Source: Planctomycetota bacterium (GTDB taxonomy: Bacteria; Planctomycetota; PLA2; JAEUHO01). From it: a DNA stretch of 64,000 nt. Below, piece after piece: positions 20,121 to 30,572 of the stretch. The stretch spans positions 209,683 through 273,682 of the forward strand of contig JACKGW010000001.1 of assembly GCA_020631815.1 (NCBI GenBank), written 5' to 3'. The position numbers were made by a program, and so were the translations under genes. Positions within the stretch are counted from its first letter, which is position 1. Every line of letters starts with the position of its first letter. A model generated the notes under the pieces. It was given only the letters and a program-made list of their open reading frames with translations, ran no database searches and was not told the origin of the DNA.

Positions 20121-21302
20121 GCGCTCCACCAGCGCTGCGAGGCCGAGGCCGCCGGAGATGCAGAGCGTGGCGACGCCGCGCTTCGCGCCGCGCTCCTTCA
20201 TGCTGTGCAGCAGCGTGACCAGGATGCGGCAGCCTGTGGCGCCGATCGGGTGGCCCAGCGCGATGCTGCCGCCGTCGACGTTCATGCGATCCAGGTCGAT
20301 GCCCAGCTCGCGGTTGCAGGCCAGGACCTGCGCCGCGAAGGCCTCGTTCAGCTCCCACAGGTCGATGTCGTCGATCGACAGACCCGTCTTCTCGAGCAGC
20401 TTGCGAACCGCGGGCACCGGCCCCAGGCCCATCTCGCGCGGCTCGACGCCGGCCTCGGCGTAGGCCACCAGACGGGCCTCCGGGGTCACACCGTGCTGCT
20501 TCACGGCGTCGTCGCCGAGCACGACGATGGCGGCCGCGCCGTCCGTGATGCCGCTGCTGTTGCCGGCGTGCACGGTGCCGTTCTTGCGGAACACCGGGGG
20601 CAGCTTCGCGATCTGCTCGATCGTCACGTTGTCGCGCGCGTGCTCGTCGGCGGTGAAGTCGTACGTGCCCTTCTTGCGGTCCGTGATCTGGATCGCGACC
20701 TTCTCGGCGTCGAAGCGCCCGCGCTCGCGCGCGGCCTGGGCGCGCTGCTGGCTGGAGAGCGCGTAGCGGTCCTGCTCCTCGCGCGGGATGCCGTAGCGGT
20801 CCACGAGGTTCTCGGCCGTCTCGCCCATCAGCTGGTCGGCGAGCTTGCAGTGGAAGCCGTCCTGGTACATCCCGTCCACGATCTGGTCGTGACCGAGGCG
20901 GTAGCCCCAGCGCGCGCGCGGCAAGAAGTAGGGCGTGTTCGACATGCTCTCCATGCCGCCCGCGAGAACGATCTCCGCTTGGCCAAGCCGGATGGCGTCG
21001 GCACCGAGCAGCACGCTCTTCAGCCCGCTGCCGCAGGCCATGTTCACGGTGTAGGCGGGACTCTCGACGGGCACGCCCGCGCGCACGGCGACCTGCCGAC
21101 CGGTGCTGGGGCCCTGTCCCGCCTGGCGACCATGGCCGAAGATCGACTGGTCCACGGCCGAGGCCTCGACGCCTGCGCGGCTCAGCGCACCGCGCGCCGC
21201 GGCCTCGCCGAGATCCGGGGCTGACAGCGGGGCCAGCGTGCCGCCGAAGCGGCCGATCGGGGTGCGTGCCGAGCCGGCCAGCCAGATCGCCGTGTCGCGC
21301 AT
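20112..21302 (-). CDS. Acetyl-CoA C-acetyltransferase (thiolase II)
   Basis: 396 aa from ATG 21302 (GGAGAC SD). Active-site motifs [11 protein letters not shown] (Cys), [17 protein letters not shown] (His), CISGGLGLA (Cys). The upstream R-rich extension to 21431 is rejected. Confidence 0.9.
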   Translation of the reverse strand: MRDTAIWLAGSARTPIGRFGGTLAPLSAPDLGEAAARGALSRAGVEASAVDQSIFGHGRQAGQGPSTGRQVAVRAGVPVESPAYTVNMACGSGLKSVLLGADAIRLGQAEIVLAGGMESMSNTPYFLPRARWGYRLGHDQIVDGMYQDGFHCKLADQLMGETAENLVDRYGIPREEQDRYALSSQQRAQAARERGRFDAEKVAIQITDRKKGTYDFTADEHARDNVTIEQIAKLPPVFRKNGTVHAGNSSGITDGAAAIVVLGDDAVKQHGVTPEARLVAYAEAGVEPREMGLGPVPAVRKLLEKTGLSIDDIDLWELNEAFAAQVLACNRELGIDLDRMNVDGGSIALGHPIGATGCRILVTLLHSMKERGAKRGVATLCISGGLGLAALVERGV

Positions 21303-21560
21303 GGGGGTCTCCACGCCCGGTCCCCGCCATGAGCCCCATGGCGAGGAGGGGGGCGTGAGGGTAGCCCACGACCTGCAGGGCGCTGGCCTCGTGGCGCGGT
21401 GCCGCCGCGTGCACCGCCGACCGAGGGCCACCGGGGAAGGTGGCGGCCCCCGCGAGCGTGGGTACCCTCCCGAGCGAGACCTCGCCGCTCGCGCCTTCGC
21501 GTCGCGCGCCCGTCGCAGGGCCCTCGCGCCAGGGCCGTGCCGGTCTCGCGGGAGGGCGAG

Positions 21561-22841
21561 ATGGCCGCGAAGAAGAAGACCGCGAAGAAGAAGGCCGCGG
21601 CCAAGAAGGCCCCCGCGAAGAAGGCCCCGGCGAAGAAGGCGGCCAAGAAGACCGCTGCCAAGAAGGCCCCGGCCAAGAAGGCCGCCGCCCCGAAGAAGAA
21701 GGCCGCGAAGAAGGCCGCCAAGAAGACGCCGGCGACGCAGAAGAAGGCGCCCGCCAAGGCCGCGGCCCCCGCCGAGGCCCCGGAGGAGGTCGTCGAGACC
21801 CGGGCCGCTTCCGAGGCCGCGGCGGCCCCGAAGGCGCGCTCCGCGGCCCCGGCCACGCCCGCTGCGGCCCCGCCGCCCAAGAAGAAGGCCCCCGCCCCGG
21901 CCGCCGACGACGAGCCGAAGCCCGCTGCAGCGGAGGACGCCGAGGACGACGTCGAGGCCGAGCCCGAGCTGCCGCCGATCCCGAAGATGCCGGCGCGGCG
22001 CAGTGACGGACGCATCTCGCTGACCTTCTCGGCCTCAGGCGACCAGGCGTTCCTCGTCTACGCGCTGACGGCGGGCAAGGTCGACACGGAGGACCGCGAG
22101 TACCACGTCGAGCGCGTCGAGCTCCACGAGTCCGAGGCGGCCGCCGAGTCCGGCAAGCCGGACGTCGTCACGTTCTCCGCGGGTCACTACGGCGCCGTCC
22201 AGGACCGCTACCTCCTCCTCTCGTGCGGTGGCACGTACGGAGACAGCCGCGGCCCGGTGCTCGTCGCGCGCTCGCCCATCCGGGCCGGCGAGGTGCGGGG
22301 CCTGCGCGTCGCCGTTCCGTCGCTCGATCACCCGGCGGCGCTTGCCCTGCAGCTCTGGCTGCCTCAGCTCGAGCCCGAGCTCGTCCCGATGCCGGTGCCG
22401 CACATCTCGCTGATGGTGCGCGCCGATCGCGTTCGCGCCGGTGTGTTGGTCAACGAGGACCAAGTCGCCTACATCCAGCACAACCTCGTCCGCGTCGTGG
22501 ACCTGGGGCATTGGTGGGGCGAGCGCACCGAGGGCCTGCCCATGCCGAACACGCTCATGGGCGTGCGACGCGACATCGACGCCGACCTGCGGGCGAAGAT
22601 CGCGTTGGACCTCAAGCGCTCGATCGCCTACGCCTTGGGTCACCGCGAGGACGCGCTGGACTTTGCCATGGCGCATGCGGGCAAGCACGAGCGGTCCACC
22701 GTGGACTCGCTCGTGGGTCGCTACGTGAACGACCTCACGCTGGACGCCGGCGAGCGGGGCCGCCAAGCCCTGTCGATGCTGTTCCGCGAGGCCAACCGCC
22801 ACAAGAAGCTCGAGACGGTTCCGCACCTGTTCTTCTCGTAG
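21561..22841 (+). CDS. Fusion protein: histone H1-like Lys/Ala-rich N-terminal tail (~170 aa) + MqnA/MqnD/SBP-like periplasmic-binding-fold domain
   Basis: ATG 21561 after GGGAGGG. The (A/P)KKA repeats are encoded exclusively by AAG, so they are genuinely coding. C-terminal domain (ISLTFSASGDQAF...VAVPSLDHPAALALQLWLP...) resembles the MqnA/MqnD family. Domain call is moderate. Confidence 0.6.
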   Translation: MAAKKKTAKKKAAAKKAPAKKAPAKKAAKKTAAKKAPAKKAAAPKKKAAKKAAKKTPATQKKAPAKAAAPAEAPEEVVETRAASEAAAAPKARSAAPATPAAAPPPKKKAPAPAADDEPKPAAAEDAEDDVEAEPELPPIPKMPARRSDGRISLTFSASGDQAFLVYALTAGKVDTEDREYHVERVELHESEAAAESGKPDVVTFSAGHYGAVQDRYLLLSCGGTYGDSRGPVLVARSPIRAGEVRGLRVAVPSLDHPAALALQLWLPQLEPELVPMPVPHISLMVRADRVRAGVLVNEDQVAYIQHNLVRVVDLGHWWGERTEGLPMPNTLMGVRRDIDADLRAKIALDLKRSIAYALGHREDALDFAMAHAGKHERSTVDSLVGRYVNDLTLDAGERGRQALSMLFREANRHKKLETVPHLFFS

Positions 22842-22858
22842 GCGTGCGGCGTTCGCTT

Positions 22859-22919
22859 GGGATCAGACCCCGTGCCCGCGGCGTCGCCAGGGCGACACCG
22901 CATCACGGGATCAGACCCC
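22859..22919. repeat. GTCTGA/TCAGAC-box element, near-identical to 20059-20120
   Basis: gggatcagacccc-gtgcccgcggcgtcgccagggcgacaccgcatcac-gggatcagacccc. 59 of 61 nt identical to the 20059 copy. Confidence 0.8.
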
Positions 22920-22947
22920 GCGCGGGCGCTTCCGTACGTGGTGCCGC

Positions 22948-23502
22948 CTACACCTCTTCGGGGCGCGTCTTGCGGCGGAACTTGGGCTCGGAGTCCTGCT
23001 CCGGGTCGTAGCGGAAGACGTCGGCGTCTTCGACGATGCCCGTGCGGCGAACGGCCAACGACTTGAGCGCCGCGCGGATGCTGCCGTCGGTGGGGACCAG
23101 GGCGAGATCGTCGACCCAGTTGGGAAACTCCAGCCGCAGCGAGGCCGCGTCGAAGCCCTCACGCGGCAGCAGGTCCTGACGGTGCAGGAAGCGCACCAGC
23201 TGCAGCACCTTCTCGGTGTCGAACATGAGCGCGTCGATGTCCGCCGCGTCCGTACGCGCGCCCGTCTGCCACTGCAGATAGGCCTCCTCGAAGCGATCGG
23301 GCTTGGCCTGCTTCTGGGCCAGGGCGGCGGCCCGGTAGAGGTGGTACTCCACGAGCAGGGCGCGACGGACGTCGTCCTCCGCCCGCTGTCGCGTGCGCTG
23401 GGCCTCCAGGGCGCGGGCCTGGGCCTGCTCGCGGGCCTCGCGCTGGGCGCGGGCCATGGCCTCGATCTGTTCGAGCGTCGGACGGTCGGCGGTGAGATCC
23501 AT
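22948..23502 (-). CDS. Hypothetical protein (184 aa)
   Basis: ATG at 23502. Good GC3. Coiled-coil-like N-terminus. No recognisable domain. The long upstream extension of ORF 22948..23970 is R/P-rich and rejected. Confidence 0.45.
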   Translation of the reverse strand: MDLTADRPTLEQIEAMARAQREAREQAQARALEAQRTRQRAEDDVRRALLVEYHLYRAAALAQKQAKPDRFEEAYLQWQTGARTDAADIDALMFDTEKVLQLVRFLHRQDLLPREGFDAASLRLEFPNWVDDLALVPTDGSIRAALKSLAVRRTGIVEDADVFRYDPEQDSEPKFRRKTRPEEV

Positions 23503-23596
23503 CGCACGGCCTATCGACCGTCCCTGCGAGACAGTGGAGGGCTTTCTCGCAGACAAGGGCCGTGACGCCTCGGCGAGAGGGGACGAGGCCCCTCGC

Positions 23597-24373
23597 GTGG
23601 ACCCCGCCGACCTGTCTCGCCCTCTGTCTCGCCGGTCCGCGGGCTCTTGTCTCGCGCTGGGCCTCCTGGCCCTGCTGCCCGGGCTCTGTGCGTGTGGGGG
23701 AGCCGTGGCCACGCCGGGGCCGGAGAGTGCCGGGGGCCTCGTTCTCGGGCCCGTCCCGCCGGTCTCCCCGGGGCCCCGCCCCTGTGTCCGGGCCCTCCCG
23801 TGGACGTTCGCCGGCGAGACCGCAGCTCGGCTCCTGGGCTGGCGCGCCGACTGCGCATGCGTGGGCCTGGAGGGGCTACCCGAGCGCCTGGTGCCCGGCG
23901 CCTGCGGGACGCTCACCTTGCGCGTGAGGCCCCGCCGCCTGCCGGGTCGCGACGCGGTCGACGTGCGCATCTACCTGAGGGCGCTCGGCGCGCGCCCGAC
24001 GGCGGGTGCTGGCGTTGCCTCGCTTCGTGTCGAGCGGCTGGGGCCGCCCGGGCCCCTGTTCGTCCCGTCGCGCGTCCACGCCGGCACGGTGCCGCCGGGC
24101 TCCCACGTCGACGTGGAGCTGGACCTCCACTGGGATTCCGCCGCCCTCGTGCCACGCCCGTCGGACCTGCGACTCCTCGCGAGGGGTGCCCCGGTCCTCG
24201 ACGCGCAAGCGCATTGGGCGCGCTGGGATGCCGACGCAGGCCGCGCCACGCTGCAGCTGCAGCTTGGAGCCGGCGGCGTCCTCCCGGTCGACGTGCAGCT
24301 GGGCCCGGCTCGCGCCGAGATCCGCTGGGCGCAGGCCGTGGATCCAATCGACTCCGGACCGAGTCCCCGCTAG
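23597..24373 (+). CDS. DUF1573-like putative lipoprotein
   Basis: GTG 23597. Signal-like LALGLLALLPGLCACGG. Motif ADCACVGL...LVPGACGTLTLRVRP resembles the DUF1573 'CGCT ... PGE..I.V' core. Start and domain call are uncertain. Confidence 0.4.
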   Translation: MDPADLSRPLSRRSAGSCLALGLLALLPGLCACGGAVATPGPESAGGLVLGPVPPVSPGPRPCVRALPWTFAGETAARLLGWRADCACVGLEGLPERLVPGACGTLTLRVRPRRLPGRDAVDVRIYLRALGARPTAGAGVASLRVERLGPPGPLFVPSRVHAGTVPPGSHVDVELDLHWDSAALVPRPSDLRLLARGAPVLDAQAHWARWDADAGRATLQLQLGAGGVLPVDVQLGPARAEIRWAQAVDPIDSGPSPR

Positions 24374-24432
24374 CAGCGCATGTAGCGAGGCGACTCGTTC
24401 AGCCCCGATGACCTTGCGGCACGAACCGGCCT

Positions 24433-24526
24433 GTCAGGGCGACGGTAGCGGGCCACCATCGGCGACGACTCGTGGTCTGTTCACTCGAGGAGCCGATGGT
24501 GGCGCGGGACCGAGCATCTGACGGGC
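24433..24526 (+). repeat. Element C (ccaccatcggc...gccgatggtgg hairpin + GGGACCGAGCATCTGRCG tail), copy 1
   Basis: gtcagggcgacggtagcgg-gccaccatcggcgacgactcgtggtctgttcactcgaggagccgatggtggc-gcgggaccgagcatctgacgggc. 11-bp stem, 27-nt loop. Confidence 0.75.
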
Positions 24527-24563
24527 AGTACCTTCCCACGCCAGCAGACGCGCGCACCCAGCG

Positions 24564-25766
<1,203 letters not shown>

Positions 25767-25884
25767 GGGTCCTCCTCCAGGCCGGGCGCGTCTGCCCCCG
25801 ACGAGCGCGCCACGGTACCCGTGGGCCTTCTTCTCGGCCACGCCGGGCTGCCAGGGATGCGTGCACCCCCTCGCGTGCCTGGGT

Positions 25885-25946
25885 GCGGCTCGTCAGATGC
25901 TCGGTCCCGCACCCGCATCCGCTCCTCGAGTGCAGGTGCACCTGCC
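25885..25946 (-). repeat. Element C partial copy (reverse orientation), ending in a perfect 14-bp palindrome gcaggtgcacctgc
   Basis: ggctcgtcagatgctcggtcccgcacccgcatccgctcctcgagtg is about 85% identical to 39793-39845. Palindrome at 25932-25945. Confidence 0.65.
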
Positions 25947-25963
25947 GACTCTTTCCGCGCTCA

Positions 25964-26038
25964 CGCGCGGACTAGGCGCTCGGGCCGTGGCCCTCGCGGC
26001 AGAGGGGCTATTCCGTACCCCCTCTGCACTCCTCACGG
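25964..26038. repeat. Element D copy 1 (75 nt; contains the gcagaggggctattccgtaccccctctgc hairpin)
   Basis: cgcgcggactaggcgctcgggccgtggccctcgcggcagaggggctattccgtaccccctctgcactcctcacgg. Confidence 0.8.
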
Positions 26039-26192
26039 CCCGTGACGACCCGATGCGCGGCGGACGCAAGCCGATCCGAACAGTGTTCGGGCCCAGTTGC
26101 TCGCGCAGCTCCAGCCGCTGGTGAGGGGGTACGGCGCGGGGCCGCCGCACAGCGCCCCGTGTTCCCCAGGCTCCGGGTACCTTCCGCAGGTG

Positions 26193-27623
26193 ATGGTCCG
26201 TCTTCGTCTTCTCGTGTTCTTCCTCGCTCTCGTGCCCGTGGTGGTGCTTCCGCCCGGGGCACGCGCCGACGACTGGGAGGACGCGAAGCGGGAGTTCCGT
26301 GCCGCCCAGAAGAACAGCGACACGGCTGTGCGCTCCGACGCGTACGTCCTGTTGGCAGGGTGGGACACGCCCGAGGCGATCGACGAAATGCTGTCGGCGC
26401 TGGGTCGCGAGAAGCACCCCGCCGTGATGCGTGCAGCACTTCGCGCGCTGGGCAGCGCCCGGTCCAAGGAGGCACTCGCGTCGTTCGCGGATGCCCTGGC
26501 CAAGCGCAAGGGCGAGGAGCGCCTGTTCCTGTTGATGGCGCTGGGCGACCAGCCTTCCTCGGCCTCCAGCGACGAGCTGCTGCTGGGTGAGCTCGCCGGC
26601 AAGGACGGCGCATCCGCTGCGTTGGCGGCCCGTGCCCTGGGGAGTCGGCGGGCGATGGGGGCTCGCGACGCGCTCCTCGCCGCCCTGCAGCACGACGACA
26701 ACCGCGTGCGAAGCGCCGCCGCGTGGGCGCTGCAGGGCTTGGCCACGCCGCCGCACGAGGCGCCCCCGCCGGGGCAGCCCGACCCCGGGCCCCCGCCCGT
26801 GCCCGAGGAGATGCGGGAGACGACGGTGACCACCGCGCTGGTGGACGCACTGTTCGCCAAGGACGCCGGGGTGGAGCGGATGCCGCTGCTCGCCGCACTG
26901 AAGCAGATCACGGGGCAGGAGTACTTGCTCGACGAGAAGGCATGGCGGGCGCTGCTCGCCGGCACCGACGTCGCGTCGATTCGCCCGCGCCCCGTCACGG
27001 TGCCGTACTTCCTGGGGATCCCGATCTACGGTCAGCGCATCGCGCTCGTCATCGACAAGAGCACGCGCTATCACGACATCCATCCGTTCAGCGATGAGCG
27101 CTTGCGCGAGATCTGCGAGGTGCCGGGCGCTCGCGCCATCGCGCACTTCAAGCTGTTGCGCGTCGAAGATCTCGTCGGGGCCCACGCCATGCGCCTGCTC
27201 GAGGACCTGCCCTCCAGCGCCGAGGTCGAGGTCCTCTTCTTCAACAAGGCGGTGAACCCGGTCTTCGGCCGGCTGACCCGTGCTGGCGGCGGCGCGCGCA
27301 AGAAGCTGACGGAGGCTCTCGAGGAGCTCAAGGTCGACGACGGGATCGCGGCCTACGACGCGCTGAACGAGGCCCTCGACCTGGGCGGCAAGTCGTTCGC
27401 GCAGCGGTGGAAGAAGGGCGTCGACGAGATCGTGTACGTCACGGTCAACATCCCCACGAAGGGGGAGATCACCGACTCGGCCGAGGTGGCCTCGGCCATC
27501 TCCCTGCGGGCCCGGATGGCAGGCGTCCGGGTGCATACGGCCGGGATCCTCACGCATTCGTACGAGCTGTGCCGGACGCTGGCCACGGAGACGGGCGGCA
27601 TCTACCGGGACCTGACCAAGTAG
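26193..27623 (+). CDS. Secreted HEAT-repeat protein with C-terminal VWA-like domain
   Basis: ATG 26193. Signal peptide MVRLRLLVFFLALVPVVVLPPGARA. HEAT repeats (AVMRAALRALGSARSKEALASFADAL..., DNRVRSAAAWALQGL). C-terminal RIALVIDKSTRYHD... resembles VWA. Confidence 0.6.
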   Translation: MVRLRLLVFFLALVPVVVLPPGARADDWEDAKREFRAAQKNSDTAVRSDAYVLLAGWDTPEAIDEMLSALGREKHPAVMRAALRALGSARSKEALASFADALAKRKGEERLFLLMALGDQPSSASSDELLLGELAGKDGASAALAARALGSRRAMGARDALLAALQHDDNRVRSAAAWALQGLATPPHEAPPPGQPDPGPPPVPEEMRETTVTTALVDALFAKDAGVERMPLLAALKQITGQEYLLDEKAWRALLAGTDVASIRPRPVTVPYFLGIPIYGQRIALVIDKSTRYHDIHPFSDERLREICEVPGARAIAHFKLLRVEDLVGAHAMRLLEDLPSSAEVEVLFFNKAVNPVFGRLTRAGGGARKKLTEALEELKVDDGIAAYDALNEALDLGGKSFAQRWKKGVDEIVYVTVNIPTKGEITDSAEVASAISLRARMAGVRVHTAGILTHSYELCRTLATETGGIYRDLTK

Positions 27624-27702
27624 GGCAGGGGCCCCCGCGGGGTCCCGGGACGGCGGCCGGACGGGCGCACACCGCCGGACGGCGCTGGGCTATCCTGGGC
27701 CC

Positions 27703-28641
27703 ATGCGTCCGCCCCGCCGCTCCCGCTTGCGTCGCACCCTTCCCTGGCTCACGGCGCTCCTGTTGGCCGCTCCGTTCCCCGTATCGGCCGATGACGTCGA
27801 GCCGCCGCTGCCCCCGCTCGCCGGGGCGGAGGAGGTGGGCGAGGCCATGGCCCGCTTCGAAGAGGACTTCAAGGCCAGGGGTCTCAAGGGCGACGACAAG
27901 CTCATGCAGAAGGACCATGCGGTCCTCTTCCTGTCCGGCGTCCCGCACCCCAAGGTCATCGATCGCCTCTACGACCTCGCGCGCCGTGACCGCGCCTCCG
28001 AGGTGCGTCGCATGGGGCTGACTGCGCTGGGCAAGCAGTCGACGCTCGCGGCCTACGCCGGGCCGAAGGTGGTCCAGCTCCTGGAGGACAAGAAGCTCGC
28101 CAAGGACGACGACCATGTGCTGGCGTGCTTGAAGGCCCTCGGGCGTCTGGGCTACCACCCGCCCGTGGAGACACTCGAGGCCACGCTCCGCCACAAGGAC
28201 TACGCCGTGCGCAAGCAGACGCTCGCCCTGATCGGCGAGCTCAAGGACGTGCGCCACCTCGAGGCGCTCCTGCGCGAGCTCGGCACGCTGGACGCCCAGG
28301 AGAAGGGCGAGTCGTGGGACGGCGCCGAGGCCAAGGTGGACACGGGCTCGGCCGGTGACGCCGACCAGAAGGCCGCCGAGGCCCGGGCCAAGGCCGAGGC
28401 CGCGCGCAACAAGGGCGCCGCGGGCGGCAAGGGCAAGGGCGGCGGCAGCACCCGCGACATGAAGGACCAGCTGCTGGCCTCGCTCGAGGGCATGACCGGC
28501 CAGGACTTCGTGGACCAGAAGGACGCGGGCACTTGGCTGGAGAAGAACCCGCAGTGGCGGCCGCAGGCCGAAGCCGAGCTCGAGAAGACGCTCGAGCGCG
28601 AAGCGCACCTCGAGAAGGAGCTTGCGAAGGCCGCGAAGTAG
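27703..28641 (+). CDS. Secreted HEAT-repeat protein (hypothetical)
   Basis: Signal peptide MRPPRRSRLRRTLPWLTALLLAAPFPVSA. HEAT-like repeats (SEVRRMGLTALGK.., DYAVRKQTLALIGELKD). Lys-rich coiled C-terminus. 79 nt downstream of the previous HEAT gene. Confidence 0.6.
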   Translation: MRPPRRSRLRRTLPWLTALLLAAPFPVSADDVEPPLPPLAGAEEVGEAMARFEEDFKARGLKGDDKLMQKDHAVLFLSGVPHPKVIDRLYDLARRDRASEVRRMGLTALGKQSTLAAYAGPKVVQLLEDKKLAKDDDHVLACLKALGRLGYHPPVETLEATLRHKDYAVRKQTLALIGELKDVRHLEALLRELGTLDAQEKGESWDGAEAKVDTGSAGDADQKAAEARAKAEAARNKGAAGGKGKGGGSTRDMKDQLLASLEGMTGQDFVDQKDAGTWLEKNPQWRPQAEAELEKTLEREAHLEKELAKAAK

Positions 28642-28662
28642 CGCGGCTCGCGACGGGGCGGC

Positions 28663-28902
28663 TCAGTCCTCGGCGCCGTCCTCGCCGATGGCTTCCACGG
28701 GGCAGCCTTCCATGGCTTCCAGGCACAGCTCACGGTCGGCCGGCGTCTCCGGCTGGCGGTAGACGAACGAGTAGCCCCGGTCGTCGTTGCGGCGGAAGAA
28801 GTCGGGCGCCGTCTCGCGGCAGGCATCGCAGTCGATGCACTGGTCGTCCACGTAGAACGGGCCGGGCACGTTCTCGGTGAGCTTGGCGTCCTTGTCGGCC
28901 AT
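28663..28902 (-). CDS. Small ferredoxin (4Fe-4S type, 79 aa)
   Basis: CIDCDAC cluster motif plus a distal CP (MEGCPVEAI). Typical 7Fe/4Fe ferredoxin fold signature. ATG at 28902. Confidence 0.8.
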   Translation of the reverse strand: MADKDAKLTENVPGPFYVDDQCIDCDACRETAPDFFRRNDDRGYSFVYRQPETPADRELCLEAMEGCPVEAIGEDGAED

Positions 28903-29118
28903 GGCGTGTCGTCCTCCGCGGGCGGCGGGTCACCGTACCCCGGCGGCCGGTCCTCTCCAGCCCGGGCCCAGCCGCTGTCCGGCGGGCCACGAACCTCGGC
29001 CTTGGTGGCCCAACGCGTCCTTCGACGTCGATGCGGTCATCCTTCGGCCGCCTCGAGACGTGCGCGACCGCCGGGGGGACGTGCGGCCCAGCCGCAGGTT
29101 CCTCCTGGGCGGGTCGGG

Positions 29119-29217
29119 TCGTCAGGGCGAAGGCAGCGCGCCACCATCGGCGACGACTCGTGGTCTGTTCACTCGAGGAGCCGATGGTGGTGTGCGGCCG
29201 AGCATCTGGCGAGCCGC
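29119..29217 (+). repeat. Element C, copy 2 (same orientation)
   Basis: About 90% identical to 24433-24526 over ~90 nt, including the hairpin and the ccgagcatctggcgagccg tail. Confidence 0.8.
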
Positions 29218-29241
29218 ACCTACGCACCCCGGCGCACGCCC

Positions 29242-30264
29242 CTACCTGCCCAGGACCTCGCAGAACAAGGCGCGCTGGATGTGGAGGCGGTTGGCCGCCT
29301 GTTCCAGGATGAGGCTGCCCGGGGCGTCCACGACGGCGTCGTCGGCCTCCACGTTGCGGCGGATGGGCATGGCGTGCATGAACCGCGCGTCCTGTGTGCG
29401 GGCCATGGCCGTGGCATCGACGCGCCAGTCCACGTGACGCTGGCGGAGTGCCGCCTCCGCCTCGGGATCGTGGTTGTGGTGGATGCTGCCCCACGGGGCC
29501 GCGTAGACGATCTCGGCGTCGGCCAGGCCGTCGCGCATGTCGTGGACGAAGCGCAAGCTGCCCCCGCTCTCGCGGGCACCGTGCTCGAGGTTGGCGCGCA
29601 CGCCCGGGTCGAGCGGGAAGCCCTCCGGATGGGCGACCGTGAGGTCCATGCCGAGCTTCGTGGCCATGGTCGCCACGCCCTGCGGGACGGCCAGCGATCG
29701 GGCCTTGGGATGCCACGCCCAGGTCAGCGTGATCTTGCGGCCGCGGACGTCGCCCAACGCCTCGACGAGCGTCATGGCATCGCCCCAGGCCTGGCACGGG
29801 TGGTCCAGCACGCTCTCCATGTTGAAGATCGGGACCTGCGCGTGCTTCTGGAACGACACGATCACCATGTCGCGCCGCTCTTGCGCCCAGTCCCGGCGGC
29901 GGGCCAAGGAGCGGATCGCCAGCACGTCGGCGTGTTCCGAGAGCACGGCTGCGGCGTCGCGCACGTGTTCGTCCGCAGGTCCGTCCATCGGTACGCCCTC
30001 GCGGAACTCCAGCGGCCACAGGTCGCGACCGGCCGCCATGTCCACGACGGCTCCGCCCAGGGTGGAGAACGCGATGTGGAAGGACGTCCGCGTGCGCAGC
30101 GAGGGGTCGAAGAACACCATGGCCAGCGCACGACCCTGCAGGCGCGGCTCGGGCGGCGCGGCCTTCATGGCGCGGGCCCGCTCCACGACGTGCAGCAGCT
30201 CCTCGGCACGGAAGGTGTCCAGCGTGACCACGTCACGCCCGCGAATCGAGACGGCAGCACTCAT
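29242..30264 (-). CDS. Ornithine/aspartate carbamoyltransferase-family enzyme (possibly N-acyl-ornithine carbamoyltransferase, ArgF'-like)
   Basis: 341 aa from ATG 30264. Carbamoyl-phosphate motif SLRTRTSF (STRTR). HPCQ (HPxQ) and MHAMP (HxLP) motifs present. Weak SD. The upstream extension to 30456 is rejected. Confidence 0.8.
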   Translation of the reverse strand: MSAAVSIRGRDVVTLDTFRAEELLHVVERARAMKAAPPEPRLQGRALAMVFFDPSLRTRTSFHIAFSTLGGAVVDMAAGRDLWPLEFREGVPMDGPADEHVRDAAAVLSEHADVLAIRSLARRRDWAQERRDMVIVSFQKHAQVPIFNMESVLDHPCQAWGDAMTLVEALGDVRGRKITLTWAWHPKARSLAVPQGVATMATKLGMDLTVAHPEGFPLDPGVRANLEHGARESGGSLRFVHDMRDGLADAEIVYAAPWGSIHHNHDPEAEAALRQRHVDWRVDATAMARTQDARFMHAMPIRRNVEADDAVVDAPGSLILEQAANRLHIQRALFCEVLGR

Positions 30265-30572
30265 GCCTGCGGAGGCTACCCGCGAGGGGCCGTGCCGCGA
30301 CGCGCCGAACCGGCGTGCTCCGGCTCGGTCGGATTGCGCGCGACCCCCCCGCCCATGCATGATGGAGGGGTCGTGCGACGCGGGCTTCGCCGGGCCCGCC
30401 CGTGCGGTCGGGTTCGTTTGCGTCTGCGCCCACTGGGTCGCGGCGTCTTCGGTCACCCCGCCGTCCGGGCCCCGCGAGCTTTTCGTGGGGCCTGGGGAGG
30501 GCGAGCGACCGGGGCATCGCCATCCCGGTTTCCGCGCCGACGTGCGCTCCCGGCTCGCGGACGGGAGGGCGC

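Noticed and set aside
21399-21560. 54-codon upstream extension of the H1-like/MqnA-like ORF
   Set aside because: Arg/Pro-rich with poor GC3. A strong SD and ATG at 21561 begin the AAG-rich coding region.
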